64,000 nucleotides of DNA, from the NCBI GenBank assembly GCA_041483195.1, contig JBGPFC010000006.1:64001-128000 (forward strand), given 5' to 3'. The first letter of the stretch is position 1; every line of letters starts with the position of its first letter. The notes under the pieces were generated by a model. That model searched no databases and was not told the origin of the DNA. It worked only from the letters and a program-made list of their open reading frames with translations. The position numbers were made by a program, and so were the translations under genes. Positions 26,299-35,951 of the stretch are shown one piece after another. The stretch comes from Candidatus Eiseniibacteriota bacterium (GTDB lineage: Bacteria; Eisenbacteria; RBG-16-71-46).

Positions 26299-27858
26299 AT
26301 GCGGCCCGGCCTGCGCTTCCTCGCCGCGCTTGCCGTCTCATCGCTCTTCGCCGCCCCGCCCGGCGCCAGCGCGCTCACCATCAACGTCGAAGTGGACTGG
26401 CTCGCATCGGGCACGCACAGCCACCGCCCCAATCCGTGCGAGATCGAAGCGGTCAGGACCGCGTTTGCGCTCCGCGGCCATTCGCTGAACGTCGAGATGG
26501 GCAACGAGGTTCCCGAGACCCCCGCGAACAGCATGATCGTGTTCGACACGGGGACGGGGTTCGATGACTTCGCCGGCGGCTGGTACGCGCTCGAATCGGC
26601 CTACCGCAATCATCCGCCGGGAACGGGCTGGCACTACTGCATCTTCGTACACCAGTACCAGTCGGGGACGATCACCACGAGCTCGGGCCTCGCCGAGATC
26701 GGGGGCGACGAATTCCTGGTGAGTCTCGGGGCGTTCTCCGGAGGAACCGGCACGCCATTCGATCGCGCGGGCACGTTCATGCACGAACTCGGTCACAATC
26801 TCGGGCTCAGGCACGGCGGCGGGCAGGACGAGTCCCAGGTCGGCCAGTACAAGCCGAACTACCCGAGCCTCATGGCGTATCGCTATCAGCTGATCGGCGT
26901 TCGCAACGGGCTCGTGTGCCAGGGCCTGGCCCTCGCCACGCAGGTTGCGCCATTCACCGAGCTCGACTATTCGGTTGGCGCGGTGCCCGACCTCGACGAG
27001 ACCAAGCTCAACGAGTGCAACGGGCTGGGCCTGGGGAAGTCGGTGGATTGGAACTGCAACGGATCGATCAGCTCCTGCACGCAGACGGTGGGGAAGGACC
27101 TGAGCAGCGGGTACAACTGGTGCACGAACACCGGCTTCAGGACCGCCATCAAGGACTACAACGACTGGGCCCACGTCTCGGACGTGTCCGCCAAACCCCA
27201 GCTGCTCGCCACGAACACGGAGGTGATCTCGTGCATCACGGCGGACGAGGCGGCCAGTCCGCTCGCGGGCCCGGGCGGCTGCACGCAGGTCAATCCATGC
27301 GATCAGCCGACCCCCACGCTGCTCTCGCTGGTGAGCGCGCTCGCGGAGCCCGACCGCGTTCGGCTCACGTGGCACGCGGCGGAGAGCGGCGGGCTCGAGG
27401 CGACGATCTATCGGCGCACGGCGGAGAGTGAATGGATTGCGCTGGGCCTGACCCGTGCGGACGGCAATGGATTTCTGGCCTTCGAAGATCGCACGGCGGG
27501 ACCTGGGCAGCGCTACGGCTACCGGCTCGGCGTCATGGAGAGCGGCCGCGAGTACGCACTCGGCGAGAGCTGGGTGGACGTGCCGCGCACGCTCGAGCTG
27601 ATGCTGCAGGGCCTGCGTCCCAATCCGGCGACGGGCCGCGCGGCGGTGTCCTTCACGCTCCCCGGCGCGGGTTCCGCGCGGCTCGAGCTCTTCGATCTGA
27701 GCGGAAGGCGGGTGTGGGCTCGCGAAGTCGGGTCGCTCGGCGCGGGAAGCCACGCCGTGCCGCTCGACGAGGGGAGCGCGCTGCCATCCGGCGTGTACGT
27801 CGTGCGGCTCACGAGCGGGGGACGCGAGGTGACGAGCAGAGCGGTCGTCGTTCACTAG
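26299..27858 (+). CDS. Secreted metzincin-type zinc metalloprotease with T9SS/FlgD-like C-terminal domain
   Basis: Signal peptide MRPGLRFLAALAVSSLFAAPPGASA; HELGHNLGLRH (HExxHxxGxxH); Met-turn SLMAY; CTD PNP...LFDLSGRRV...LPSGVYVVRL...RAVVVH. Confidence 0.85.
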   Translation: MRPGLRFLAALAVSSLFAAPPGASALTINVEVDWLASGTHSHRPNPCEIEAVRTAFALRGHSLNVEMGNEVPETPANSMIVFDTGTGFDDFAGGWYALESAYRNHPPGTGWHYCIFVHQYQSGTITTSSGLAEIGGDEFLVSLGAFSGGTGTPFDRAGTFMHELGHNLGLRHGGGQDESQVGQYKPNYPSLMAYRYQLIGVRNGLVCQGLALATQVAPFTELDYSVGAVPDLDETKLNECNGLGLGKSVDWNCNGSISSCTQTVGKDLSSGYNWCTNTGFRTAIKDYNDWAHVSDVSAKPQLLATNTEVISCITADEAASPLAGPGGCTQVNPCDQPTPTLLSLVSALAEPDRVRLTWHAAESGGLEATIYRRTAESEWIALGLTRADGNGFLAFEDRTAGPGQRYGYRLGVMESGREYALGESWVDVPRTLELMLQGLRPNPATGRAAVSFTLPGAGSARLELFDLSGRRVWAREVGSLGAGSHAVPLDEGSALPSGVYVVRLTSGGREVTSRAVVVH

Positions 27859-28003
27859 TATCGATCGACGCTGGGTCAAGGCACGGTGCCTCCCTCGGGA
27901 AGGCCCGCACGATTAGACCGTGAGCGGATCGGGCCGGAGGGAGAGCATGAAGCAATCGCCAGGGACACGGCTGTTCCCCGCGGCTCGCGCGGGGCGGTGA
28001 GGC

Positions 28004-29002
28004 GTGGCCTTCGGCGAGCTCGAGGACTCACCCGCGCCGCAACGACCCCGAATCCCCTGGTGGACGAAGCCAATCGGACGGCTCTCGCTCTACAGCTTCA
28101 CCGTGTCGGCCCTGTCGTTCGCGGCATTCCTGCTGACCTCCCTGTTGTGGCTCATCACGCCGCTGCGGGAGTCTCCCGGCTTCCTGAGATTCCACGCCAT
28201 CTGCGGGGGCTCCATGTTCGCGGCCGCGGGCCTGCTGTTCGTGACCCTCTTCGTTCTCCACCGCTTCCTGGTCCCGGATCCGGGCACCGAGCTGCGGAGC
28301 CTGGATGCGGCTCCGCTCAACGTCGGTCTCACCGCCTTCAACGACGAGGAGGCCATCGGCCCGGCGGTGCGGGACTTCAAGTCCGCTCGGGGGGTGAGGC
28401 GCGTGATCGTCGTCGACAACAACTCACGCGACCGCACCCGGCAGGTGGCGGAGGACGCCGGCGCGGATCGCGTCGTCATCGAGACCACTCCGGGCTACGG
28501 CGCGTGCTGCCAGCGCGCGTTGGCCGAGGCCGCCGAGGGCGCGGACCTGATCCTGCTATGTGAAGGGGACATGACGTTCCGCGCCGCCGACTTGAAGAAG
28601 TTCGTCGCATACCTGGAGAACTGCGACCTGGTGCTCGGCACTCGCTCCACGCAGGAGCTGCGGGATCCCGGCACGCAGATGGACTGGCTCATCAACCCCG
28701 CGAACCAGATCGTCGCGAAGCTCATCCAGCTTCGCTTCTGGGGCACCCGGCTGACCGACGTGGGCTGCACCTACCGGGCCATCCGCGTGGACGCCTATCG
28801 ACGGCTCGCTCCACAGCTCTCGGTTCGCGGCAATCACTTCTCGCCGCACATGATCATCGAGGCGCTGAAGCTCCGGATGCGCGTGATCGAGGTCCCGATC
28901 ACGTTTCACCGCAGGGTGGGAGTTTCGAAAGGCGTGGGCTCGAGCAAGATCCGCGCGGCGCGCGTCGCACTGCGAATGCTCGGGCTCCTCTACCGCGCCT
29001 GA
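28004..29002 (+). CDS. Glycosyltransferase family 2 with two N-terminal TM segments
   Basis: TAFNDEEAI, IVVDNNSRDRT, GYG, EGDMT, LVLGTR, LTDVGCTYR, RRVGVSK. Confidence 0.88.
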   Translation: MAFGELEDSPAPQRPRIPWWTKPIGRLSLYSFTVSALSFAAFLLTSLLWLITPLRESPGFLRFHAICGGSMFAAAGLLFVTLFVLHRFLVPDPGTELRSLDAAPLNVGLTAFNDEEAIGPAVRDFKSARGVRRVIVVDNNSRDRTRQVAEDAGADRVVIETTPGYGACCQRALAEAAEGADLILLCEGDMTFRAADLKKFVAYLENCDLVLGTRSTQELRDPGTQMDWLINPANQIVAKLIQLRFWGTRLTDVGCTYRAIRVDAYRRLAPQLSVRGNHFSPHMIIEALKLRMRVIEVPITFHRRVGVSKGVGSSKIRAARVALRMLGLLYRA

Positions 29003-29047
29003 GCCCGGTCCCGCGGGCGGCCCCGTCGCACGATCGCGCGGAGCCGC

Positions 29048-30478
29048 TCAGTCCTCGACTACGTGGGTCTCGAAGGACCTGCGACACCCGGCCCAGCGCT
29101 CGCGGTCGAAGTGGCCGCACTCGTCGAGACAGTCCACCGCCGCGTAGGCCATCGCCAGCGTGTGGTGGGTATTGTCGTGCGCGAACAGTCCCTGCCGTCC
29201 CAGCGTGAGCACTCCCGGCAGGCCCGCGAGCCAGCCGTCGATGCGTTCGAAGTGGCGCTCGTAGCCACGCCGGTAGATCGGGTAGGCCTGCGGTAGCCGG
29301 CGCGTCGCCACTTCCAGCAGCGGCGCCCCGATCGGGATGCCCAGATCGGAGAGCGCGTCCCGCACGACCTGTCCCAGCTCGGCATCGGGCCGGTTCCACC
29401 ACGAATCCCCCATCGAACACGGCAGCTCAGCACACAGCACGGTGCGGTCCGCGGGATCGGCGACGGTCGAGTAGTTCCGGGGCTCGGACATTCGCGTGAT
29501 CGGGACCTCGGTCTCCGGGAAGTAGTGGGCGTCGAATTCGCTGAACCGCCGCTGACCCAGGACGAGGTAGATGAGGATCATGCTGCGGAACTGGATGCCG
29601 TTCGCGGCCTCGATCACCTCGGGCGGCGCCGCGGGCCGCAGGCTCCGCGCCAGCGCGGTGACGGGGATCGTGGACCAGACGTGATCCGCGCGGAGACTCC
29701 GCACCTGGTCGCCCGCGCGGAATTCCACGCGGCAGCCTCCCTCGGGCAGCAGGTGCACGGCTTCCACGCCGGCGCCGAACTGGAATGTGGCGCCCAGATC
29801 GCGGGCCGCACCGAAGTAGCGTTCGGCGATCTCGCCGTAGCCGCCGCGCGGATAGAAGAATCGTCCCGCGCCTTGCGGCTTCAATCCCGGCACGGCCGAG
29901 AGGACCTTGCGCGCCAATCCCCCGAGAGAGCCCGCCTTGACCCGGCGCCGTGCCTGGGTCGCCGAGAGTTCCTCCGGGTCGAGGCCCCAGATCTTCCGCG
30001 CGTACGGAAAATAGAAGTCGCGGCAGATGGTCCGACCTAGGCCGCGATGGAGCACCGATGCGAAGGACTCCCCCGCGGAATCCGTGGCCCGCGCCGGCAG
30101 CGCCTTTCGCACCAGATCGCCGGCCGTGCCCAGCGCGAAGCCGGGCGGCAGTCTCAGCACCAGGTCGAGGGGCTTGAGCGGGAAGTGGATCCAGCGCCCG
30201 CGCAGGCGGATCCGCCCGTGGCGCGGCCGATCGAGCAGGTCGTTTCCGAGCAGGCGGCGGATGTCGGAGAGGATCCCCGGATCGCAGGCGGGGTGGAGTC
30301 GGTGGCTTCCGAAGTCCACGTTGAGCCCCCCCAGCTCGAAGCTCCCCGCGAGGCCGCCGACGCGCGGGGCGCGCTCGAGCACGGTCGCGGCCGCCTTTCC
30401 GGTCACGGCCAGGCGGTACGCCGCTCCGACGCCGGATGGCCCGGCGCCCAGGATGACCACTTCGGCGCGCCCGCTCAT
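29048..30478 (-). CDS. FAD-dependent oxidoreductase (protoporphyrinogen oxidase/UDP-galactopyranose mutase-like)
   Basis: VVILGAGPSG..LE...VGG, DFGSHR, F.YPRGGYG, AYPIY, GRQGLFAHDN. Confidence 0.85.
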   Translation of the reverse strand: MSGRAEVVILGAGPSGVGAAYRLAVTGKAAATVLERAPRVGGLAGSFELGGLNVDFGSHRLHPACDPGILSDIRRLLGNDLLDRPRHGRIRLRGRWIHFPLKPLDLVLRLPPGFALGTAGDLVRKALPARATDSAGESFASVLHRGLGRTICRDFYFPYARKIWGLDPEELSATQARRRVKAGSLGGLARKVLSAVPGLKPQGAGRFFYPRGGYGEIAERYFGAARDLGATFQFGAGVEAVHLLPEGGCRVEFRAGDQVRSLRADHVWSTIPVTALARSLRPAAPPEVIEAANGIQFRSMILIYLVLGQRRFSEFDAHYFPETEVPITRMSEPRNYSTVADPADRTVLCAELPCSMGDSWWNRPDAELGQVVRDALSDLGIPIGAPLLEVATRRLPQAYPIYRRGYERHFERIDGWLAGLPGVLTLGRQGLFAHDNTHHTLAMAYAAVDCLDECGHFDRERWAGCRRSFETHVVED

Positions 30479-32376
30479 GCGATGTACCGCTCGTACCAGA
30501 TCATGAAATTGAGCAGGCCCCACAGCGCGCGGCCATGATCGTGCCGGCCGTTCAGGTGCTCTGCGACGAGCGAGCCCACCGCCTCGTGGCGGAAGAGACC
30601 GGTGGACGCGAGACGCTCGCGGCCCAGGTAGTCGTCCATCGTGCCGCGCAGTTCGCTGCGCAGCCAGCGGGAGTATGGCATCTCGAGACCGACCTTCTTC
30701 TTGTCGATGATCTCGCGCGGCAGCAGGCCGGCCATCGCCTTGCGCATGATGTTCTTCTTCCGCAGGCCGGGCAGCTTGATTCGCGCCGGCACCCGTGACA
30801 GGTACTCGGTGAGATCGGGATCGGTGAACGGCACGCGCGCCTCGAGCGAGTGCGCCATGCTCATCCGGTCGTTCTTGATCATCAGGTCGTCCGGCAGGAA
30901 CACGTTGGCGTCGACGTAGAGCAGGCGGTTCAGGGTGTCGCGGGCGCGGCAGCGGTCGAACGGCTCGACGACGTGCCGCTCGGGACTGCCGGGCCCGATG
31001 CGCTCGAGCAGCTCGGGGGTATAGAGCCTGAGCTTCTGCGCCTCGGACAGGACGATCCGCCACCACAGATGGGCCTGAGGCGGCGTGAGGTCCTGCCCCC
31101 CGAGGAAGCGCTTCATCTTGAACTCCAGGCTCAGCTTCTTGTGCGAGACCGGAAGGGCGTTCACGATCGGGGCGATCAGGCCGCGCCGCACGGCGCGGGG
31201 CACCGCGCGGAACCACTGCGAAGCCTTGAACGCCGCGTAGGTCTCGTACCCCGCGAACGCTTCGTCCCCGCCCTCCCCCGACAGCACGACCACGACTTCA
31301 TCCTTCGCCAGCTGGCAGACGAAGTAGGTCGGGATCGCGGAGCCGTCGGCGTATGGCTCGTCGATGAAGCCGATGTAGGTCGAGAGCAGCTGGCGCACCA
31401 TGTCGGCCGTCACGACCACTTCGCGCGCGACGGTGCCGAACTGGCGGGCCACCATTCGGGCGTAGGGCAGCTCGTTGAAGCTCGCGTCCTCGAATCCCAC
31501 CGAGTAAGTGTGGATGGGCTCCGAGGTGTGACGCTTCATGAGGGCCACCAGCGTGCTGGAATCCATCCCGCCGGAGAGCAGCACGCCGACCGGGACGTCG
31601 GCGATCAGCTGCCGGCGGACCGCCTCGTCCATCCGCTCGAAGGCGCCACGGACCACGGTCGCCTCATCTAGCGAATCGTCCTCCCCGAACGAGAGGTCGA
31701 AGAATCGCTGCGTCTCGACGCGGCCTTCGGTGTCGACGCTCATGCGGTGCGCGGCCTTTACCTCCGCGATGCCATCGAAGGCGGTCTGTTCGCCGGGGAT
31801 GTAGTCGAAGGTGAGGTAGTCGTGCAGGGCCTGGACGTCCACGCGGCGCGGCACGCGCGGGTCCTGCAGCAGGCACTTGATCTCGGACCCGAACAGCAGG
31901 CGTCCGTCCTGCCAGGTGTAGAAGAGCGGCTTCACGCCGAATGGGTCGCGCGCGAGGTGGAGCTGCCGGCGCCGCACGTCCCAGAGCGCGAAGGCGAAGA
32001 TCCCGTTCAGCTCGCCCAGCATCGCGGGACCCAGCTCCTCATAGAGGTGGAGGAGCACCTCCGTGTCGGTGGCGGATCGAAAGACGTGTCCCTTCTCGAT
32101 CAGCCGGTGCCGGGCCCTCAGCTCCGCGAAGTTGTAGATCTCGCCGTTGTAGGTGATCCAGAGCGTGCCATTCTCGTTGCTCATCGGTTGGTGGCCGTTC
32201 GCCGAGAGATCGATGACGGAGAGCCTGCGGTGCCCGAATCCGACGTACGCATCGGACCAGGTGCCCGAGTCGTCGGGCCCGCGATGCGAGACGGCGGCGG
32301 CCATTCGACCGACGAGCTCGCGGTCCTCCGGTGTCAGGGTGCCGCGGGGATCGAAGACGCCTGCGATGCCGCACAT
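30475..32376 (-). CDS. asnB: Asparagine synthase (glutamine-hydrolyzing)-like amidotransferase
   Basis: N-terminal MCGIAG, HRGPDD, YNGEIYN, LSGGMDSS, SGEGGDE, DRMSMAHSLEARVPF. Confidence 0.93.
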   Translation of the reverse strand: MCGIAGVFDPRGTLTPEDRELVGRMAAAVSHRGPDDSGTWSDAYVGFGHRRLSVIDLSANGHQPMSNENGTLWITYNGEIYNFAELRARHRLIEKGHVFRSATDTEVLLHLYEELGPAMLGELNGIFAFALWDVRRRQLHLARDPFGVKPLFYTWQDGRLLFGSEIKCLLQDPRVPRRVDVQALHDYLTFDYIPGEQTAFDGIAEVKAAHRMSVDTEGRVETQRFFDLSFGEDDSLDEATVVRGAFERMDEAVRRQLIADVPVGVLLSGGMDSSTLVALMKRHTSEPIHTYSVGFEDASFNELPYARMVARQFGTVAREVVVTADMVRQLLSTYIGFIDEPYADGSAIPTYFVCQLAKDEVVVVLSGEGGDEAFAGYETYAAFKASQWFRAVPRAVRRGLIAPIVNALPVSHKKLSLEFKMKRFLGGQDLTPPQAHLWWRIVLSEAQKLRLYTPELLERIGPGSPERHVVEPFDRCRARDTLNRLLYVDANVFLPDDLMIKNDRMSMAHSLEARVPFTDPDLTEYLSRVPARIKLPGLRKKNIMRKAMAGLLPREIIDKKKVGLEMPYSRWLRSELRGTMDDYLGRERLASTGLFRHEAVGSLVAEHLNGRHDHGRALWGLLNFMIWYERYIA

Positions 32377-32409
32377 GGATCGTCGTGGGTAGCGGTGCCG
32401 CCGCCGTCT

Positions 32410-33354
32410 CTAGCGGGCCGGGGGAAGGTGGCGGCGGCGGGCGAAGACCAGCATGTCCGCGAGGACGCCGAAGAACAGCGTGTTCAGTCCGCCCAGCAGG
32501 AACAGCACGCTGGTGCCCGACAGGCGATTGTAGAACCAGTCGATCACGAACTTGGTGCCGCCGATCATCATCAGCGCCAGGGCCATCGGCACGAAGATTC
32601 GCAGCGGGCGGAAGTAGGTCATCGTGCGGAGAATCAGGATCAGGAAGCCGAGCGCCTCCTTCGGCTTGAGCTTCGACTTTCCGATCCGCCGCTGATATTC
32701 GACCGGGATGAACTTCACGCGGTAGCTGTCGCAGAGACTGGCGAGGGTGATCGTGGTCGTGAAGCTGAACCGCTCCGGCAGGATGTCGAAGTATGCGAGC
32801 GGGAGCGCTCGGCGCATGATGCGCATGCCGGAATTGAGATCCGGGATCCGCGTGTCGGTCAGGTAGTCGGCGAGCACGCTGAGCACCCACTTGGCCGGCC
32901 TGCGAAGCGGCGCGATGTGCACGGCCCCCCGGCCGCGGGCCCCCACCACCATGTCGGCCTCCGCGATTTCGGCGATGAGGCGCGGTATCTGCTCGGCGGG
33001 ATAGGTGCCGTCCGCGTCCATGATGCAGATCAGGTCGGCGCGGGCCGCGCGGATCCCGGTCTTGAGCGACGCGCCGTACCCGCGATTCTCCGGATGCTGG
33101 ATCACGCGCGCGTCGGTGCTTCGCGCCGCCGCGGCGGTGCCATCCTTCGAACCATCATCCACGACGATGATCTCGGCGCCGATGCCGGCAGCCACGAGCA
33201 CCTGGCCGATGTGACGGACGACCCCCGCCACGCCGTGCTCCTCGTTGTAGGCGGGGATCACGACGCTGAGGTCCGGGAGATCTCCCGGGACCCCGCGCTC
33301 CGGCCGCGGCAGCTGCGCCGATTCCTCGACTCCCGTCCCCGGCTGCATCGTCAT
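32410..33354 (-). CDS. Glycosyltransferase family 2 (polyprenol-phosphate sugar transferase-like) with C-terminal TMs
   Basis: SVVIPAYNEE, VVDDGSKDGT, NRGYGASLKTG, MDADGTYP, DLNSGMR. Confidence 0.9.
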   Translation of the reverse strand: MTMQPGTGVEESAQLPRPERGVPGDLPDLSVVIPAYNEEHGVAGVVRHIGQVLVAAGIGAEIIVVDDGSKDGTAAAARSTDARVIQHPENRGYGASLKTGIRAARADLICIMDADGTYPAEQIPRLIAEIAEADMVVGARGRGAVHIAPLRRPAKWVLSVLADYLTDTRIPDLNSGMRIMRRALPLAYFDILPERFSFTTTITLASLCDSYRVKFIPVEYQRRIGKSKLKPKEALGFLILILRTMTYFRPLRIFVPMALALMMIGGTKFVIDWFYNRLSGTSVLFLLGGLNTLFFGVLADMLVFARRRHLPPAR

Positions 33355-34694
33355 GCCCTCCCCTGGTTCCGCGCGCCTTCCGCGAGCGCGCTCTCCGCCG
33401 GCCCTCTTCGCAGACGCGTCCACAGCCAGACGGCGCCGGCCGCCGCGCAGACCGAGACCACCGGCATCAGCTGGAGCGTGAATCGCGCCGACACGAGGAT
33501 CGAGCAGTACATGAGATAGAGATAGCCCGCGTAGGCGAGCGGCAGCCACCGGGCAGGATCACGGCCGAACGTGGCCGTGATGCCCAGGATCGCGAACGCA
33601 ATCAGGACCAGATTCAGCGCCACGACGACCTCCATGCGCCGGATGGAGAGCGTCCAGAAGTACTTGAGGTTCATCGCCATCTTGCGGAGCGCCCCGCCCG
33701 GATCCTCGCGCAGGCGCTCGGCCGCGAGCTGCGCGAGATACGCGTCCTCTTCGCGCCGAAAGGTCATCGTCTGGCTCAGGTGGAAGCGCTCGGACGCGAC
33801 GGTGCCGCGCACGAAACCGTGCTCGCGCAGCGTCGCGATCGCAACACTGTCCGCCTCGTTGTCCACCGCCGTCAGGTTGTCGTTGGGGTGGCGCTTGAAG
33901 TGATCGGCGGTCACCCAGCCCTTGAACGCCTGGAATCCGATTCCCCAGTTGACCGGGATCAGGGTGTGGAAGCGCAGCGCGTTGCGCAGCGTCCATGGCA
34001 TCACGATCGCGGCGGCGGCGCACGCCACCAGGAGGGCGCCGCGCAGGCGCGCGAGTCGCGCCCCGGCGCTCCCGAACAGAGCGAGCACCACGAGCACCGG
34101 CGGGAACAGCAGGCTGACCGAATTGCAGAGCGTGGCGAGGCCCAGCAGGGCGCCGGCGAGCAACGCGCTCCCCGCGCTCCGCCGCTTCCCGAAGCTGGCG
34201 AGCCCGAGCGCGACCAGCGTGAGCATCAGCGTGAGCAGGGTTTCGGAGAGCACGTATTGAGACCACCACAGGTGGGTGGGATGAAAGGTCATGAGGAGCC
34301 CCGCGAGCAGTCCGACCGCGCGCCCGAAGAGCCGCCACCCGAGCAGCATCACGAGCGCGCAGGTGAGCGCTCCGAGCAGCGCGTGGGCGATCAGCACCAC
34401 TCCGGTCCGGGGCCCGAAGAGGCGGTACAGGCTCGCGAGAAACAGCGGATAGAGCGGGGCCCGGGCCGCCGTCGGCCCCCCATCGTCGGGCAGCGCGAAT
34501 CCGTGGCCGGCCTCCAGCTCCAGCGCGATCAGGTGATACCCGTCGAAGGGCATCCCGGGCGCGCTCTGGAATCCCCGAACGATGCGCGGCGCCAGCGGCA
34601 ACGCCACGAACAGAAAGAGCAGGCGGACCGCCAGCGCCGTCACGAAGACGAGAAGGAACGCGCTTCGGATCGAGAACCGCGCGCGGCCGGTCAT
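33351..34694 (-). CDS. Membrane glycosyltransferase, GT-C fold (ArnT/PMT-like)
   Basis: Many TM segments; DGYH.IA..L..GHGF, R.PLYPLFLA, LSETL, PWTLRN motifs. Start inferred. Confidence 0.78.
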   Translation of the reverse strand: MTGRARFSIRSAFLLVFVTALAVRLLFLFVALPLAPRIVRGFQSAPGMPFDGYHLIALELEAGHGFALPDDGGPTAARAPLYPLFLASLYRLFGPRTGVVLIAHALLGALTCALVMLLGWRLFGRAVGLLAGLLMTFHPTHLWWSQYVLSETLLTLMLTLVALGLASFGKRRSAGSALLAGALLGLATLCNSVSLLFPPVLVVLALFGSAGARLARLRGALLVACAAAAIVMPWTLRNALRFHTLIPVNWGIGFQAFKGWVTADHFKRHPNDNLTAVDNEADSVAIATLREHGFVRGTVASERFHLSQTMTFRREEDAYLAQLAAERLREDPGGALRKMAMNLKYFWTLSIRRMEVVVALNLVLIAFAILGITATFGRDPARWLPLAYAGYLYLMYCSILVSARFTLQLMPVVSVCAAAGAVWLWTRLRRGPAESALAEGARNQGRA

Positions 34695-34844
34695 GGGTTG
34701 CTGGGGGGAGAGAGTTACGGGAATGCCTCTTCGTCGTGGGTGGAGACGAGCGGAGCGGATGGGCGGACAATACGGACGCCAAGTGTATCCCGCTCGTGAG
34801 GCGGGCGACAAGGACTCGCGCGGTCCGCGTGCTAGACTTTCGGT

Positions 34845-35747
34845 GTGCCGACCGCCTGCCCCGTCTGCGGGAGCGACCGCTCGAAGGTGCTCTACCCCTC
34901 GACCGTGACCCGCACCCACACCTCGTCCTCGGAGTTCTACGTCCCGACCTACAGCCACGCCGGGATGCACCGGGAGATCTCCCGCTGCGAGGCCTGCGGA
35001 TTTCGCTTCGTCTCGGACCGCATCCCCGATGACGAGCTGTCGCGGGCCTACGTGGACATGGCGGACCCCTCCTACCTTCGCGAGATCGTGGTCTATCAGA
35101 AGGCCGCGGAGCGCATCCTCGAGCGTCTCGAGCCGTTCCGCTCGGAGGGGCCGCGCCTCCTCGAGATCGGCTGCGGCGCTGGATTTTTTCTCGAGGAGGC
35201 GCAGCGTCGCGGCTGGGACGTGCACGGCATCGAGCTGTCACGCTGGATGGTGGAGCGGGCCAGCGAGCGCGTCGCCGGCGACCGGGTGCTCCAGGGGAGT
35301 TACGACTCGGAGCTGTTCCGCGATTCGTCCTTCGACGTCGTCGTGGCCGTGGACGTCATCGAGCACGTCACCGATCCCGGGCACCTGTTGCGGGACGTCG
35401 CCGCCCGGCTGCGTCCCGGGGGCATCGTCTACCTCGTGACCCCGGACTCCGGATCGCTCCCCGCCCGCATGCTGGGCGAGCGCTGGTGGTACGTTCAGGT
35501 TCCGCACCTCTCCTACTTCAGCCGTCCGTCCATGTCCCGCCTCCTCGAGCGAACGGGCTTCGTCGCAACCTGGATCGGCAGCTACCCGCGCTTCGTGACC
35601 TCCGAGGTCGTGCGCAATCGCCTCGAGTACCTGCGGCCCGGGCCGCGGCGCGCCGCGGCGTTCGTCCTCGCACCGCTGCTCGCGCGGCCGTGGACCCTGA
35701 GGCTCGACCTCGGAGACCAGCTCGCGGCGGTGGCCCGCCGGGCGTGA
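34845..35747 (+). CDS. Class I SAM-dependent methyltransferase with N-terminal CxxC...CxxC
   Basis: CPVC..CEAC, LLEIGCGAG, FDVV..DVIEHV.DP, LRPGG, PHLSYFS. Confidence 0.9.
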   Translation: MPTACPVCGSDRSKVLYPSTVTRTHTSSSEFYVPTYSHAGMHREISRCEACGFRFVSDRIPDDELSRAYVDMADPSYLREIVVYQKAAERILERLEPFRSEGPRLLEIGCGAGFFLEEAQRRGWDVHGIELSRWMVERASERVAGDRVLQGSYDSELFRDSSFDVVVAVDVIEHVTDPGHLLRDVAARLRPGGIVYLVTPDSGSLPARMLGERWWYVQVPHLSYFSRPSMSRLLERTGFVATWIGSYPRFVTSEVVRNRLEYLRPGPRRAAAFVLAPLLARPWTLRLDLGDQLAAVARRA

Positions 35748-35951
35748 GCGCGACCGGCCGGCGCCGCGGCGCGTGTCGCCGGGGTTCGGACCCGTTCCCG
35801 CGGTGACGCGCCGCCGCGGTCGAAGGTAGGATTGAAACCTGCGTGAGATCTCGTTCAGGATGCGCGACCGATCCCTCCCGGCCGGCTCACGCGCGAATCT
35901 CAGGCCGGGCACCATCGGTCGAAATCAACCGCACGAGGCGAGAGCCGCTCG

